From a virus, in IMG/VR virus record IMGVR_UViG_3300028800_000012, positions 1-64,000 of that record: DNA of 64,000 nt, one strand, 5' to 3'. Positions 1-9,222 of this stretch are shown here, one piece after another (position 1 is the stretch's first letter; every line of letters starts with the position of its first letter). A program made the translations under genes and the position numbers. Under the pieces are notes generated by a model that was given only the letters and a program-made list of their open reading frames with translations, had not been told where the DNA came from and made no database searches.

Positions 1-987
1 ACTGGTATCGAGGACTTCCACCATCGCGGCGGCCTTGGTGATCTTCTTCTCTGTAGCGCGGGTTTCGGCGAGCTTTTCAATCTGCGCCTGCGCCGAACCT
101 TCCGTCGAACCGTCCTTGCCGATCGGCGCGTAGTTGATCGACATGGCCTTATCGCCGGCCTTCAACATCGCTTCGATCGCCTCGCGGTCCTCCTTGCCGA
201 GCTTGGACACGGCGCGGATGGCCTTCGCCTTGGCGACGGTCTCGCCGGGAAGGTGCTTGAACTCGCCTTCGGCGCGCTTGCTGAATTCGGCGATTTCGAG
301 CTTGTCGGCCTGCGACTTCAACAGCTTGAAGGTCGGCTCGCCGACTTCCGACTTGCGAATCACGACGCCTTCGGACTCGAAGGTCTCGTCCGACTTGGCG
401 ATCTCCGCCTGCGCCGCGAGACGCTTTTCGACTTCCGCCTTAACGCGGTCTTCGAACCGCTTCTTGGCCTTCTCGCTGGCCTCGTCGTCGCCGCCATCGG
501 CCGCGTCTTCTGCGTCGGATGCCTGCGGCTTCTTCTTGTTGCCGGCGCCCATCTTGGCGATCTTATCGTTCGCCTCGTCGAGTTTCTTCTGCAGGTCGGC
601 CGTCGCGGCCTTGACCGCCTCGTCGATCTGCTTTTTCAGTTCGGCTTCGGTCATGTCGTTTTCTCCTTCATGGCCGTGGTTGCTCTTGCTAACCCAGCCA
701 TCGGGAAGCAAGTCTGTTGCGCCGAGCGAGCGCGCCCGGCTGATGATGTGAGCCTTCGCCTTGGCCGGGTCTTTTGCTCGGCCGATGGCGTGGATGGCAT
801 TCTTCAAATCGCTGGTGTTCTGGATCGGGAATGATCCGTCTTCCATGGCGGCACCAGTGCCCGCCAAACGGTCGCGCTCGTCTTGCGAAAAATCGCGCTT
901 GAACAGCGTGACGCGCGCGGACTTGTTCGCCGGGCGGTCGACCAGACTTAATTCAGCCAGACGCAGGTTCTTTAGAGCGTGCGCCAT
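1..987 (-). CDS. Head scaffolding-like protein (3' end runs off the window)
   Basis: My translation from the ATG at 987 stays open to position 1: MAHALKNLRLAELSLVDRPANK...FPIQNTSDLKNAIHAIGRAKDP, then a long Lys/Glu/Ala coiled-coil-like stretch. Sits directly downstream of the protease gene. Missing from the ORF track, presumably because no stop lies in the window. Confidence 0.6.
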   Translation of the reverse strand, partial: MAHALKNLRLAELSLVDRPANKSARVTLFKRDFSQDERDRLAGTGAAMEDGSFPIQNTSDLKNAIHAIGRAKDPAKAKAHIISRARSLGATDLLPDGWVSKSNHGHEGENDMTEAELKKQIDEAVKAATADLQKKLDEANDKIAKMGAGNKKKPQASDAEDAADGGDDEASEKAKKRFEDRVKAEVEKRLAAQAEIAKSDETFESEGVVIRKSEVGEPTFKLLKSQADKLEIAEFSKRAEGEFKHLPGETVAKAKAIRAVSKLGKEDREAIEAMLKAGDKAMSINYAPIGKDGSTEGSAQAQIEKLAETRATEKKITKAAAMVEVLDTS

Positions 988-992
988 TTCGT

Positions 993-1685
993 TTAAGCCT
1001 CGATTGGTTCGCGGACGGCTTGCCCGCCGATGGAGAACGCCCCGTAGGTGCCGTCCTTCACCTTTTTCCAAATATCGTCGTCATGCACCTTGACGCCAAC
1101 GATCCATCCCTCGCGATCGGCTTTGATGCCGAGCGACTTAGAGAGTTCGGATGTAAGCGGGAATGAATGCAGCACTTCGCCGATTCCGCTGCCATCATGC
1201 ATGGCCTTGGCGACTCTCGCATCGGCCATGAAATCTGTCGTGGCTTTTTCGAGTTCGGCAGGCGAAATCACATCGTCCTGCGTATCGACGACTGGCACGC
1301 CTTTTTCCGAAATCACGCTGGCCCAGCCATAGGCCATGCGGGACTCATCGTCGCCGACCTTGACGATCTGCGCCGATGCTTCCGCCTTGCTGGTATCGCA
1401 CGGCGCGTTATACGGCTTGTCTTTCGGCTTCTTCTTGCCTGAACCCATCATGCCGTCGACATGCACATCGCCGCCGGTCGGGTTGTCTTTCAAAATCCAT
1501 TTCTTGCCGGTCGGCGGCCGTTGCCAGGTCTTGCCGACTTCATCCCAAGCCTGCCGCACGCAATCGTTATGCTCGTAACCCATTTCGGCGGCTTGGTTGG
1601 CCGTATCGCACCAGACCTGCATCGCATCTGCCGGCAGCATCTTGGTCAGATGCGCCAGATTCCGATCATCGGCGGAATAGGTCAT
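993..1685 (-). CDS. Prohead serine protease, XkdF-like, with ChaB-like N-terminus
   Basis: 230-aa ORF. C-terminal half resembles XkdF-type phage proteases (VDTQDDVISPAELEKATTDFM...HSFPLT...GAFSIGG). Position between MuF-like and scaffold genes. Confidence 0.65.
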   Translation of the reverse strand: MTYSADDRNLAHLTKMLPADAMQVWCDTANQAAEMGYEHNDCVRQAWDEVGKTWQRPPTGKKWILKDNPTGGDVHVDGMMGSGKKKPKDKPYNAPCDTSKAEASAQIVKVGDDESRMAYGWASVISEKGVPVVDTQDDVISPAELEKATTDFMADARVAKAMHDGSGIGEVLHSFPLTSELSKSLGIKADREGWIVGVKVHDDDIWKKVKDGTYGAFSIGGQAVREPIEA

Positions 1686-1825
1686 TCAAAAGCCTCGAAT
1701 ATGGACGCCCAGAATGCGTCCCATCGTTCCAATTTGTACTGGCGAAACAAAAGCCGCGTGTAGAGGCGCATGCGGCGATACTCGGCGCAGTAGCCGTTCG
1801 GATCGCACCACCACAGCGCGCCCAT
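1682..1825 (-). CDS. Small hypothetical protein (47 aa)
   Basis: My translation: MGALWWCDPNGYCAEYRRMRLYTRLLFRQYKLERWDAFWASIFEAFE. Its stop overlaps the protease start (ATGA). Confidence 0.35.
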   Translation of the reverse strand: MGALWWCDPNGYCAEYRRMRLYTRLLFRQYKLERWDAFWASIFEAFE

Positions 1826-1885
1826 GCAATACCCGCCGCCTTTATTGCATTGCCTGCGGCATCGGTGCCGCCCTAGCCTCGCCGC

Positions 1886-1978
1886 ATGTTCCGCGAAGCC
1901 GCCGCAATCTGTGCCCTGACCGCCGTATTCATGGCCGGCTGGTTCGCCGTAGGCATTGCCTACCTGCTGTTCCTATGA
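1886..1978 (+). CDS. Small hydrophobic peptide (30 aa)
   Basis: My translation: MFREAAAICALTAVFMAGWFAVGIAYLLFL. ATGA-coupled to the next plus-strand ORF. Antisense to the head operon. Confidence 0.3.
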   Translation: MFREAAAICALTAVFMAGWFAVGIAYLLFL

Positions 1979-2199
1979 AGCGGCAAAGCAAGCCGTGGAT
2001 GCGGCCACTCAACAAGGTAGCTGCGCCGACCTATGACGATCTTGTCCGCGCGCTCGGCGATCTCATTTCAGACTGCCACCGCTGGCGCATGTACGGGCAT
2101 GCGCTCAACACCGCCGAGCACATCCACAACCGCGCCCGCGTCGCCAAGCTGCCTAGGCGAGCTACGCTCCCATCAGGCCAGCAAGGGCGGCTGATTTGA
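1975..2199 (+). CDS. Hypothetical protein (74 aa)
   Basis: Internal ATG of track ORF 1714..2199 (MKRQSKPWMRPLNKVAAPTYDDLVRALGDLISDCHRW...). The region upstream of this ATG is Arg/Cys-rich shadow-like sequence. Confidence 0.45.
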   Translation: MKRQSKPWMRPLNKVAAPTYDDLVRALGDLISDCHRWRMYGHALNTAEHIHNRARVAKLPRRATLPSGQQGRLI

Positions 2200-2390
2200 A
2201 AGGACCGCTTAACGATGATCTGCCGCTATTGGAGCCGTTTGATACGGTTTTTGCTTTTCTCGCCGACATGCATGAACAGGTATCGGCACAGATCGCCGTC
2301 ACAAAGAACCAGTCGGCCCTGGTTGTCCTAGAGCACGTCAAGCGGTCGCTAGAGGCGGCCGGCGTCGTGGTCCGGGAGATGGGCGGTTAG
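2196..2390 (+). CDS. Hypothetical protein (64 aa)
   Basis: Track ORF with protein-like composition. ATGA-coupled to 1975..2199. Its 3' end converges on and overlaps the MuF-like stop. Confidence 0.5.
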   Translation: MKGPLNDDLPLLEPFDTVFAFLADMHEQVSAQIAVTKNQSALVVLEHVKRSLEAAGVVVREMGG

Positions 2391-3505
2391 GCATCCTGCC
2401 TCTGTGCCGGTGCCCTGTAGCGGATCATCATGGCGCATCTGCAGCGGATCGTGTTCGCGGCGGTGCCGTTGGGGTCTCCGGGGAACATCAGCGGCCCTAA
2501 TTCAGTCTTGAACGGTTCATTCAGACCAACTCCGCCTTCATTCAGCGACGGAATTGTCATGTGGGCGTGACGGACCCGGCTGTCGTGCGTGTAAATCCAC
2601 TTCTTCCTCACGCCATCTGCGTCGACCTTGCCATCGGCGACGGCCTGCCGCCACAGTTGCACATTGCCCGCATTGACGGCGCGAATGGCTTCGGTTCTGG
2701 CGATCGTCTCCGAGCGGAATTTCAAGGTCCGCTGCCGATACCGTTCAACCAGCTTATCGATGTAGTCCGGCGACAGTCGCTCGCCGCTGTCCACGGCATC
2801 GCTGATCGTGCCGTCAAAGCGCCGGTCGCGTAGCTGCCGCTGCAATGCGCCGGCATCGAGGCTTTCCAATGCACGGCGATAGTTCAGGACCGCTTTCGTC
2901 TGCGACGGCGTAAGCCCGATGAATTGCCGCACGTCTCGCGCCACATCCAACGGATTACGGCCAGCAGCAACGCCATCCGCAATAGCCAGACGAACAGAGG
3001 CCAGCGCACCCGCAGTAAGGCCGCGAATAAGCGCCATCTCATAGTTTTGCAGGTATCGGACTGTCTCGGGATTGGTTATCCCGAAGTGGAATTGAACCTC
3101 GCCCGGCGCAAACGATGCCGATAGCGCCAGTGCCGCTTGCTGACCGGCCCAGACCGTCGCCGCTGTAGATGCGGCGCCGATCGGCTGCATGCCAGACGAT
3201 ACGAGCTGAGCATCCACAACGCCGATGGCTTCGGATACCCTACCCTGTTCAAGGAGGGTACGGATGCGCTCGATATCAACCTTGTCGGCCAGCCTATCCA
3301 CGGCCTCGGTAAACGCGCGGCGGATACGGCTGGAAACCGTCGTCTGGTTGCTTAGGAGCCGTTCGATTTCCGCCTTGTCGGCAGAAGACGCCTTCGAAAT
3401 GTCGGCGTTCGCATACGTCGCGGAATGTCTTCGAACGTTTACCCAACTTTGGTTTCTATGTACCCATCTTGGGTCGCGTTCAGACTTGGCGACGACGATC
3501 TGCAT
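2387..3505 (-). CDS. Head morphogenesis protein, SPP1 gp7 / Mu F-like
   Basis: C-terminal signature KKWIYTHDSRVRHAHMT...NTIRCRCAMM is typical of the MuF/gp7 family. Located downstream of the portal gene. Confidence 0.8.
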   Translation of the reverse strand: MQIVVAKSERDPRWVHRNQSWVNVRRHSATYANADISKASSADKAEIERLLSNQTTVSSRIRRAFTEAVDRLADKVDIERIRTLLEQGRVSEAIGVVDAQLVSSGMQPIGAASTAATVWAGQQAALALSASFAPGEVQFHFGITNPETVRYLQNYEMALIRGLTAGALASVRLAIADGVAAGRNPLDVARDVRQFIGLTPSQTKAVLNYRRALESLDAGALQRQLRDRRFDGTISDAVDSGERLSPDYIDKLVERYRQRTLKFRSETIARTEAIRAVNAGNVQLWRQAVADGKVDADGVRKKWIYTHDSRVRHAHMTIPSLNEGGVGLNEPFKTELGPLMFPGDPNGTAANTIRCRCAMMIRYRAPAQRQDA

Positions 3506-3594
3506 TTACGCAGTACTGCGCCACTATAACGATGATGCACGTTGCGCCGACCAGAGCGGCGATAAATTGAATCACTTCGGCCACGGCGATTGAC

Positions 3595-3798
3595 CTATTT
3601 CGTCCCGCTACTATTCGTTCCGCTCATGAAGTCGGCAGAGGCATCGCTACCGGCGTCTTCGCCTGACACGGGCCTGCTGCCAGAACGCGGCGGCGTATTC
3701 GCGTCGTCATCGCCGCCAACGCTCACGAACGTTAGGTTGCCACGCTGCCAAGTGAACTTGTTTTCCGGCGAATAGCCGCCGACAGTGCCGGTCGTCAA
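3595..3798 (-). CDS. Hypothetical protein (67 aa)
   Basis: Track ORF, ATGA-coupled to the portal stop. Gly/Ser/Asp-rich. Confidence 0.35.
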   Translation of the reverse strand: MTTGTVGGYSPENKFTWQRGNLTFVSVGGDDDANTPPRSGSRPVSGEDAGSDASADFMSGTNSSGTK

Positions 3799-5924
3799 TG
3801 GATAACCTCCATAACGATCTTCCTCGGTGTCTTGCTGACGACACGGTATTTAGTTCCGCGGTTCAATAGTAGCTCCTTTTCCTCTGGGTGCTCAGACAGG
3901 CTAGGCATGTAGATAGCGCGGGTGCCCTTCGGCACGCGGATTTCAAGGGCCATCGCGCCGCCGCTGCGATGCATGGTCGAGGAAAAAGACTCCATCGCCT
4001 TCCGCGACAGAGACGTTGAGGTATAAGATTTGTCCATAAGAACGCCACCCGCGCCGATTGATCTCTGCATCGCCGCCCAACCCTCGGCGTCGATAGCGCG
4101 GTACACAACGATATCAGACGGCAACGCCGATCCCTTGAACGCTGAATCGATCTTGGAAATGATGCCAGACAGGCGCGGCCCTACCGCGTCGCCCTCACGA
4201 AAGTGAGCGTTGATATCCTCGAACTCTCCGCCAGAATATACCTGCAAGGCATCCTTTTCTGCGGCCCCAAGCTTGGACGTGAGAGCGGTTAGGACCGTAT
4301 CCTGACCAATGAACTGGCCGCCCTGCTCTGTACCCTTCGGGCCGTGGAGTTGATTCGCCTTTGTCGTCGCCTCTGATTGTCCGCTGCCATCCTGCTGGAA
4401 GTAGGGGCCGGCATTCTGCGTCGCCTGTTGCGGATTGATCTCGGCAGGATTTTGGCTGACTCCCATGCCGTCGTCGTTGCCGGTTTGTTCAGCCACACCA
4501 TTCGGCCCTAGCTGCGGCTGGAGTCCGGCATCTTCCGGGGGCGCCGGCATATCCGCGATCTCCGCCACGTATTCCGACAATTCCTGGTTCGGGAATAGCG
4601 GCGCACCAGCCGTAGCAAGCGCCTGCAGATACGCGCCGAACTCAGCCAGATCGACCGGCGCGACACGGCCCGGCTTTAGTTCCGGCATCAGAGCGCGATC
4701 GATATTGTTGTACGACCAGATGCGCGGCAGCAGGAAGCGGTTGAGGACTTCCGCGATCTGGTTGAGATAGGCTTCGCAGGCCCGCAGGAACAACTCGGAC
4801 TTGTTCTTGGAGAGCGCGTAGCTGCCCTTCTGATCGCCGAGCATCATGAAATCTGCGAGTGCGCTACGGGCGATGTTTTTTTCGTGCCGCTCGACAACGG
4901 GGCCGGTATCAATGGCCCGTCGTCCGCCAGTCGAGAGCAATTTCACGTCGACAATGCGCTGTGCCGACGGCGCTCCTGTTTGCGGATCGGGCCAGCAATC
5001 GGACGGAATGACAATGCCGCCCTGCTGGTTGAATTTTACGTCGCGGGCGACCTTCTTGTATTGCTCAAGAACGGCTTTATCGGTAGCCGATGCGTCCGAC
5101 AGAAGATACTTGGCCGGGATTGAAACAACCGGCAACCCCGCCAGTTCGCGCTCGATGCCGATCGCCTCGATTTCCTCGATCGTCTTGCGCAGATACCACG
5201 ACTTATAGGCCGAGCGGAGAATTGACACGCCTTCCGGCGAGTTCTTCCGGCTTGTCGTGCGGAACAACAGAAGCCGCTCGATCGGGATGAATAGCAACTG
5301 CCCGCCAATCGGCGGTAATTGCCACATACCGGCGATGCCGCCGTCTTGCTGCATCTCCCATCGCAAGAGCGAGTCCTGCGATCGGATCGGCAGCTTGCGC
5401 ACGCCAATGCGGCCGTCGTCGAACTTCGAGCGCAGCGCCGGGTCTTTCTGATCCGGACCCATGCGGCGCTTCAAGACGATTTCCAACACCGACCAGCCGA
5501 AGGTCAGCATGGACATGACTTCGCCAATCACATCCGGGAACGGATGCGACATATCGTCTAACAACGATTCGACGAACTCGGCTTCTTTTTCGGCTTCGCC
5601 GCTATCGTCCGCCGGCTCAACCCGCCAATCCACAGCCCGCAGAATGAGCGTGATTGCCGTGAGCGTGGCGCAGACAGTGGCGTCGCCTTCCGCCATCTGG
5701 CGATAAACGCGCCAGGCGTTCGGGCCGCGCAACTCCGGCAAGTATTCTTCCGACAGATAGCCGGAGAATACCTTGAGACCGGAAACGCCGATCTCGCCGA
5801 ATGCCTTGGCGTTCGGGTCGCCGGTTAAACCGGCCATATTGCCGAATGCGCCTGTCGGCGGCTGCGGCGGTCCCGGAGGTGCCACTTTGGCCACGTCGCC
5901 GCTCTCAGTGGTCGACGCTGCCAA
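3795..5924 (-). CDS. Portal protein fused to a C-terminal ADP-ribosyltransferase (R-S-ExE) domain
   Basis: 709 aa. The N-terminal ~480 aa are portal-like and sit next to TerL. A low-complexity linker follows. The last ~150 aa carry YSGGEFEDINAHFR, VVYRAI (Arg), YTSTSLS (STS) and EEKELLLNRG (ExE). Confidence 0.8.
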   Translation of the reverse strand: MAASTTESGDVAKVAPPGPPQPPTGAFGNMAGLTGDPNAKAFGEIGVSGLKVFSGYLSEEYLPELRGPNAWRVYRQMAEGDATVCATLTAITLILRAVDWRVEPADDSGEAEKEAEFVESLLDDMSHPFPDVIGEVMSMLTFGWSVLEIVLKRRMGPDQKDPALRSKFDDGRIGVRKLPIRSQDSLLRWEMQQDGGIAGMWQLPPIGGQLLFIPIERLLLFRTTSRKNSPEGVSILRSAYKSWYLRKTIEEIEAIGIERELAGLPVVSIPAKYLLSDASATDKAVLEQYKKVARDVKFNQQGGIVIPSDCWPDPQTGAPSAQRIVDVKLLSTGGRRAIDTGPVVERHEKNIARSALADFMMLGDQKGSYALSKNKSELFLRACEAYLNQIAEVLNRFLLPRIWSYNNIDRALMPELKPGRVAPVDLAEFGAYLQALATAGAPLFPNQELSEYVAEIADMPAPPEDAGLQPQLGPNGVAEQTGNDDGMGVSQNPAEINPQQATQNAGPYFQQDGSGQSEATTKANQLHGPKGTEQGGQFIGQDTVLTALTSKLGAAEKDALQVYSGGEFEDINAHFREGDAVGPRLSGIISKIDSAFKGSALPSDIVVYRAIDAEGWAAMQRSIGAGGVLMDKSYTSTSLSRKAMESFSSTMHRSGGAMALEIRVPKGTRAIYMPSLSEHPEEKELLLNRGTKYRVVSKTPRKIVMEVIH

Positions 5925-5933
5925 TCTTGTCTC

Positions 5934-7301
5934 CTACCAAATCCTCGGGGCGGCGCCGCCGACTTGCACGGGACCGCCGATATTCACTTCGGCAACAGCG
6001 CCGACCATCAATTCCGTCAGCGCCCACACCATCGCGTCCAATCGGTCGGGCGATGCCTTGCCAGTCAGCGGCTCCCACGTGCAAAGCTGGTCCTCCAGCT
6101 CCGGGAATGCGCCGGCATGACTGACTCGGCCCTGCTCATAGAGCGCCGATACCGGCTCCGCTCTGGCCTGCTTGCCTTTACTGGCATGGACGATGCGGAC
6201 GGGAATGTTGGGCCGCACCGTTTCCAAGGTGTGCCGCACCATTTCGCCGCCTTGGTTGCCTTCGGCGACGATGCGGTCGGCCTTTAATTCGTCATAGAGG
6301 GCAATAGCGCGGCGAGCCCATGCGTCGGGGGTGTACCGGCCGGACACGTCTCGTAAAACGTATCCATGACCATTAGAATCGACTCCAGCGGCAACGATGC
6401 CGGTGAGTGCCGATGTATCCCCTGATGTAGCGGCCGGGTCGATTGCCACCACGATCCGAACCAGATCGGGTGCTTTCGCCACCCTCGCCCGTTCGATCAT
6501 GGCGCGTGTCCACAGCGCGCCTTCGACTTCCTCGATTAGCTCGCCGTCCAGCTCCTGCCGGCCAAGCCGCGTCCCTTCGTATTTGGACACGATCTGGGAC
6601 AGGAAGGTCGGCGCAAGATTCGCCTTGTTGGCGTCGGTCTTGGCCCGTGTGACGACGCAACGCGGCGAGCGCAGCAATTCCCGCAAGAGCGGGATCGGGC
6701 GCGGCGTTGTCGTTATGACGGCCTGCGGAGCGGCGCCGAGGCGAAGCCCAAACATCGCCATGTCCCAGGCGTCGTTCGGGTCGCCATCGTTCCACGCGGC
6801 GACTTCATCGGCCCATATGCGGTCATGCTGCGGACCGCGAAGGCGGTTCGGCTCCTCTGCCGAGTAGCCGTGCGCTACAGCACCGTTTGCCCATGTCAGG
6901 CGATGGCGCTTTGACGGCTCGTAGATCGGCAGGCCGAGCGGCCGTCCGTAAATATCCTTGTCGTTACGCCAACAGACCGAAAGGATGCCGGAAGGCCCCT
7001 CGATCATAACGTCTCGAATATCGCCCGCCGTGGGCGCTATAAGACCAATGTGCCGCGCGCCGCTTTTTACTTGGTCGCGGACCCATTCGGCCCCGGAGCG
7101 TGTCTTGCCGGCACCGCGCCCAGCCAGAAGAAGCCAGTAGTCCCAGCCCGTCTCCCCATCGTTTGGGGGCGGCGGTAACTGGTCTGTTCTGGCGAAGAAT
7201 TCCCAATCGTATAGAAGCGCATCGGCTTCAGCGTCAGTCAGTTCCGCTAGAGCCGCCGACCTTTGATCCTGGCTCAGTCTGGCGAGAGATGAAATGTGCA
7301 A
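5934..7301 (-). CDS. terL: Terminase large subunit
   Basis: Walker A-like LLLAGRGAGKTR, ATPase then nuclease layout (IWADEVAAW, VVAIDPA), 455 aa. Confidence 0.9.
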   Translation of the reverse strand: MHISSLARLSQDQRSAALAELTDAEADALLYDWEFFARTDQLPPPPNDGETGWDYWLLLAGRGAGKTRSGAEWVRDQVKSGARHIGLIAPTAGDIRDVMIEGPSGILSVCWRNDKDIYGRPLGLPIYEPSKRHRLTWANGAVAHGYSAEEPNRLRGPQHDRIWADEVAAWNDGDPNDAWDMAMFGLRLGAAPQAVITTTPRPIPLLRELLRSPRCVVTRAKTDANKANLAPTFLSQIVSKYEGTRLGRQELDGELIEEVEGALWTRAMIERARVAKAPDLVRIVVAIDPAATSGDTSALTGIVAAGVDSNGHGYVLRDVSGRYTPDAWARRAIALYDELKADRIVAEGNQGGEMVRHTLETVRPNIPVRIVHASKGKQARAEPVSALYEQGRVSHAGAFPELEDQLCTWEPLTGKASPDRLDAMVWALTELMVGAVAEVNIGGPVQVGGAAPRIW

Positions 7302-7872
7302 GGCGGTCCTTCGCGCCCGTCACCTCAACGGGGATTGCCCCGCCGTCGGGGCCACTGTGCTCCAAGCGATCCTTAAACATGCCGAGGTGGCGGCCGAGAT
7401 CGACCAATGCTGCGCGCTTGTCGTGCATTTTGAGGCTCAGGCCCCCCGTCGGGCTCTGCCGAACCTCTGAAATCGCCGCGGCAGTGTCTTCGTCTATGTC
7501 TTTGGCGCTAATGAGTTGGACATGGTTGTTGTGGAGATGCTTGACGACGAGAACGTCCCCGCCGTCCGGATTATCCGTCTCCTCGACCAACGAGCCTTGC
7601 CAATCCACTGCCTTGCGGATGTCGGCGAACCCTATCTTGGCAAGTTCTGAAACAACCCGCTCGATGGTAACGCCGGCCTTAGCCGCCGATGCGGCCAAAA
7701 TCTCATCGACCCTCGCCCGGACCTTAACATTCTTTAACAGACGAGAGGCTGCGGCCTCGGCCGAGTTTCCCGCTGCCTTATAGCCGGCGAGAACGTAGGA
7801 TTCTGACGCCGGCCGACCTTTCGCCACCTCTTGAGCGAATATCTCATGCCGCGCATTGGGGAGTACGGCCAC
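7234..7872 (-). CDS. terS: Terminase small subunit
   Basis: N-terminus LPNARHEIFAQEVAKGRPASESYVLAGYK...AASRLLKNVKV is typical of Terminase_2-type small subunits. Directly upstream of terL. Confidence 0.8.
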   Translation of the reverse strand: MAVLPNARHEIFAQEVAKGRPASESYVLAGYKAAGNSAEAAASRLLKNVKVRARVDEILAASAAKAGVTIERVVSELAKIGFADIRKAVDWQGSLVEETDNPDGGDVLVVKHLHNNHVQLISAKDIDEDTAAAISEVRQSPTGGLSLKMHDKRAALVDLGRHLGMFKDRLEHSGPDGGAIPVEVTGAKDRLAHFISRQTEPGSKVGGSSGTD

Positions 7873-7878
7873 CGGCTT

Positions 7879-8013
7879 TCAGAACCCGTACAGCTCTTTG
7901 ATCGCGTCCAAATGCCCCTGCATCTTCTTTGGGTCGCCGCCTTCAAACATGGTGTTCCAGATCGAATAGCGGATGACGGCCGCTTGGCGGGCGGCAAACC
8001 ATAAAAGCATCAT
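7879..8013 (-). CDS. Small hypothetical protein
   Basis: Internal ATG-ATG of track ORF 7879..8091 (MMLLWFAARQAAVIRYSIWNTMFEGGDPKK...). The longer N-terminal extension is Arg-rich and looks spurious. Confidence 0.3.
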   Translation of the reverse strand: MMLLWFAARQAAVIRYSIWNTMFEGGDPKKMQGHLDAIKELYGF

Positions 8014-8014
8014 C

Positions 8015-8221
8015 CTACAGTGTCTCGACTTTCCTGCCGCTCTCGATCTTGAGCGGCCTGCATTCGGCGGCGCGATGGTTCGCCTTGGCAATAAAGCCAG
8101 CTATCGCGTCGCATTGGTCATTATCGGCATAAGCGATGGCTGGGTCTGTCAAGCCGGACATCTCGATCTGCTTGCCATCAGCGGTGCCGAGCACGAGCGG
8201 CAGCACAATGACCCAGAACAA
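8015..8221 (-). CDS. Small secreted or membrane protein (68 aa)
   Basis: Hydrophobic N-terminus MFWVIVLPLVLGTA. Confidence 0.4.
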   Translation of the reverse strand: MFWVIVLPLVLGTADGKQIEMSGLTDPAIAYADNDQCDAIAGFIAKANHRAAECRPLKIESGRKVETL

Positions 8222-8223
8222 GG

Positions 8224-8715
8224 CTAGATTCCCGGCTCAGGCGGCCAGAAACACGTCACCTGTCCATTCCAGATGAACAGGACACCCTCTCTCCGCATGG
8301 CATCAAATTCAGGCAGTCCGTCGTCCTTCGGATCAAAGGCGCGGATTGTGTCTTCGTGGATGGTGTCGGACGGGATCGGCAATAGTTGGCACCCGGCAGC
8401 GGTGCAATTCGGGTCCGGATAGAACGACCATTCCCCATCTGAGCGGGGAACGAACTTGGTCCGGAGCCGGTCGGCATGCTCGCAGCACCCGGCAATGAAC
8501 AGTCTTGCCCTCGCCTGCGGCGTCAATTGCGCCGACTTGAACCACTCCTGAACTGATGGCGGGTTCTTGGCGTATTCGGGTTTGTATGTCGCGGCGGCCT
8601 TGCCGCCCCATGTCACACACACCCCGAACACGATAGCCATAAGAACGCCGAAGGCTAACGCGGCGCGGCAGGCGGCATCGCGGGTGAGGATCATGCGGCG
8701 GCTATGGCTCGACAT
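8224..8715 (-). CDS. Membrane-anchored Cys-rich hypothetical protein
   Basis: 163-aa ORF with one N-terminal TM segment (AALAFGVLMAIVFGVCV). Confidence 0.5.
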   Translation of the reverse strand: MSSHSRRMILTRDAACRAALAFGVLMAIVFGVCVTWGGKAAATYKPEYAKNPPSVQEWFKSAQLTPQARARLFIAGCCEHADRLRTKFVPRSDGEWSFYPDPNCTAAGCQLLPIPSDTIHEDTIRAFDPKDDGLPEFDAMRREGVLFIWNGQVTCFWPPEPGI

Positions 8716-9049
8716 AGGCGAGGACGGTGCGGCGGGGATACACGCCTTCGCCGACGCGATGGCGGTGATTGCCTGAGATCAGGATTGGATTGCCGGCGGC
8801 GTCGAAGCCGGAAACGACGCCGACATGATGCCCCCGGCGGACAATCGCAATTGCGCCAACGTGCGGGCCTGTGCGGGGGCGGCGCAGCCATGAGGCGGCG
8901 CGATCATCCACCCCGGATTGTCCGGTCAATGCCCGCAGGAATGCCGAGCACCATAGCGAGCGGCGCAGACCTAATTGTGCGGCAGTCTTGCCGAGTTCGG
9001 CACGGGCGCGCGTCTCTAAGGGTTCGCCGGACGGCGCTGGTTTAGGCCG
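8702..9049 (-). pseudogene. TIGR02594/CHAP-like peptidoglycan amidase lacking a usable start
   Basis: My translation of the open frame gives ...ELGKTAAQLGLRRSLWCSAFL...GHHVGVVSGFDAAGNPILISGNHRHRV. The only ATG/GTG/TTG in this frame (TTG at 8929) lies downstream of the putative catalytic Cys, and an in-frame TAG sits at 9050..9052. A signal-peptide-like ORF upstream is in another frame. Confidence 0.4.
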
Positions 9050-9222
9050 CTACCCGACTGGCGCATTCCATTACTGGAAGCGTAGGCACCCGAACTCTTG
9101 AATAGGTGCGGCGATCCCGCCGGGAGTGAACAGGACCGCCGCAGGCAACTCCCCGGAGAACGCGAGGCACAAAGACGGGGGCCGCATTCGGACAGACGCA
9201 TCCAGCCGGTCATTGCCAACAC

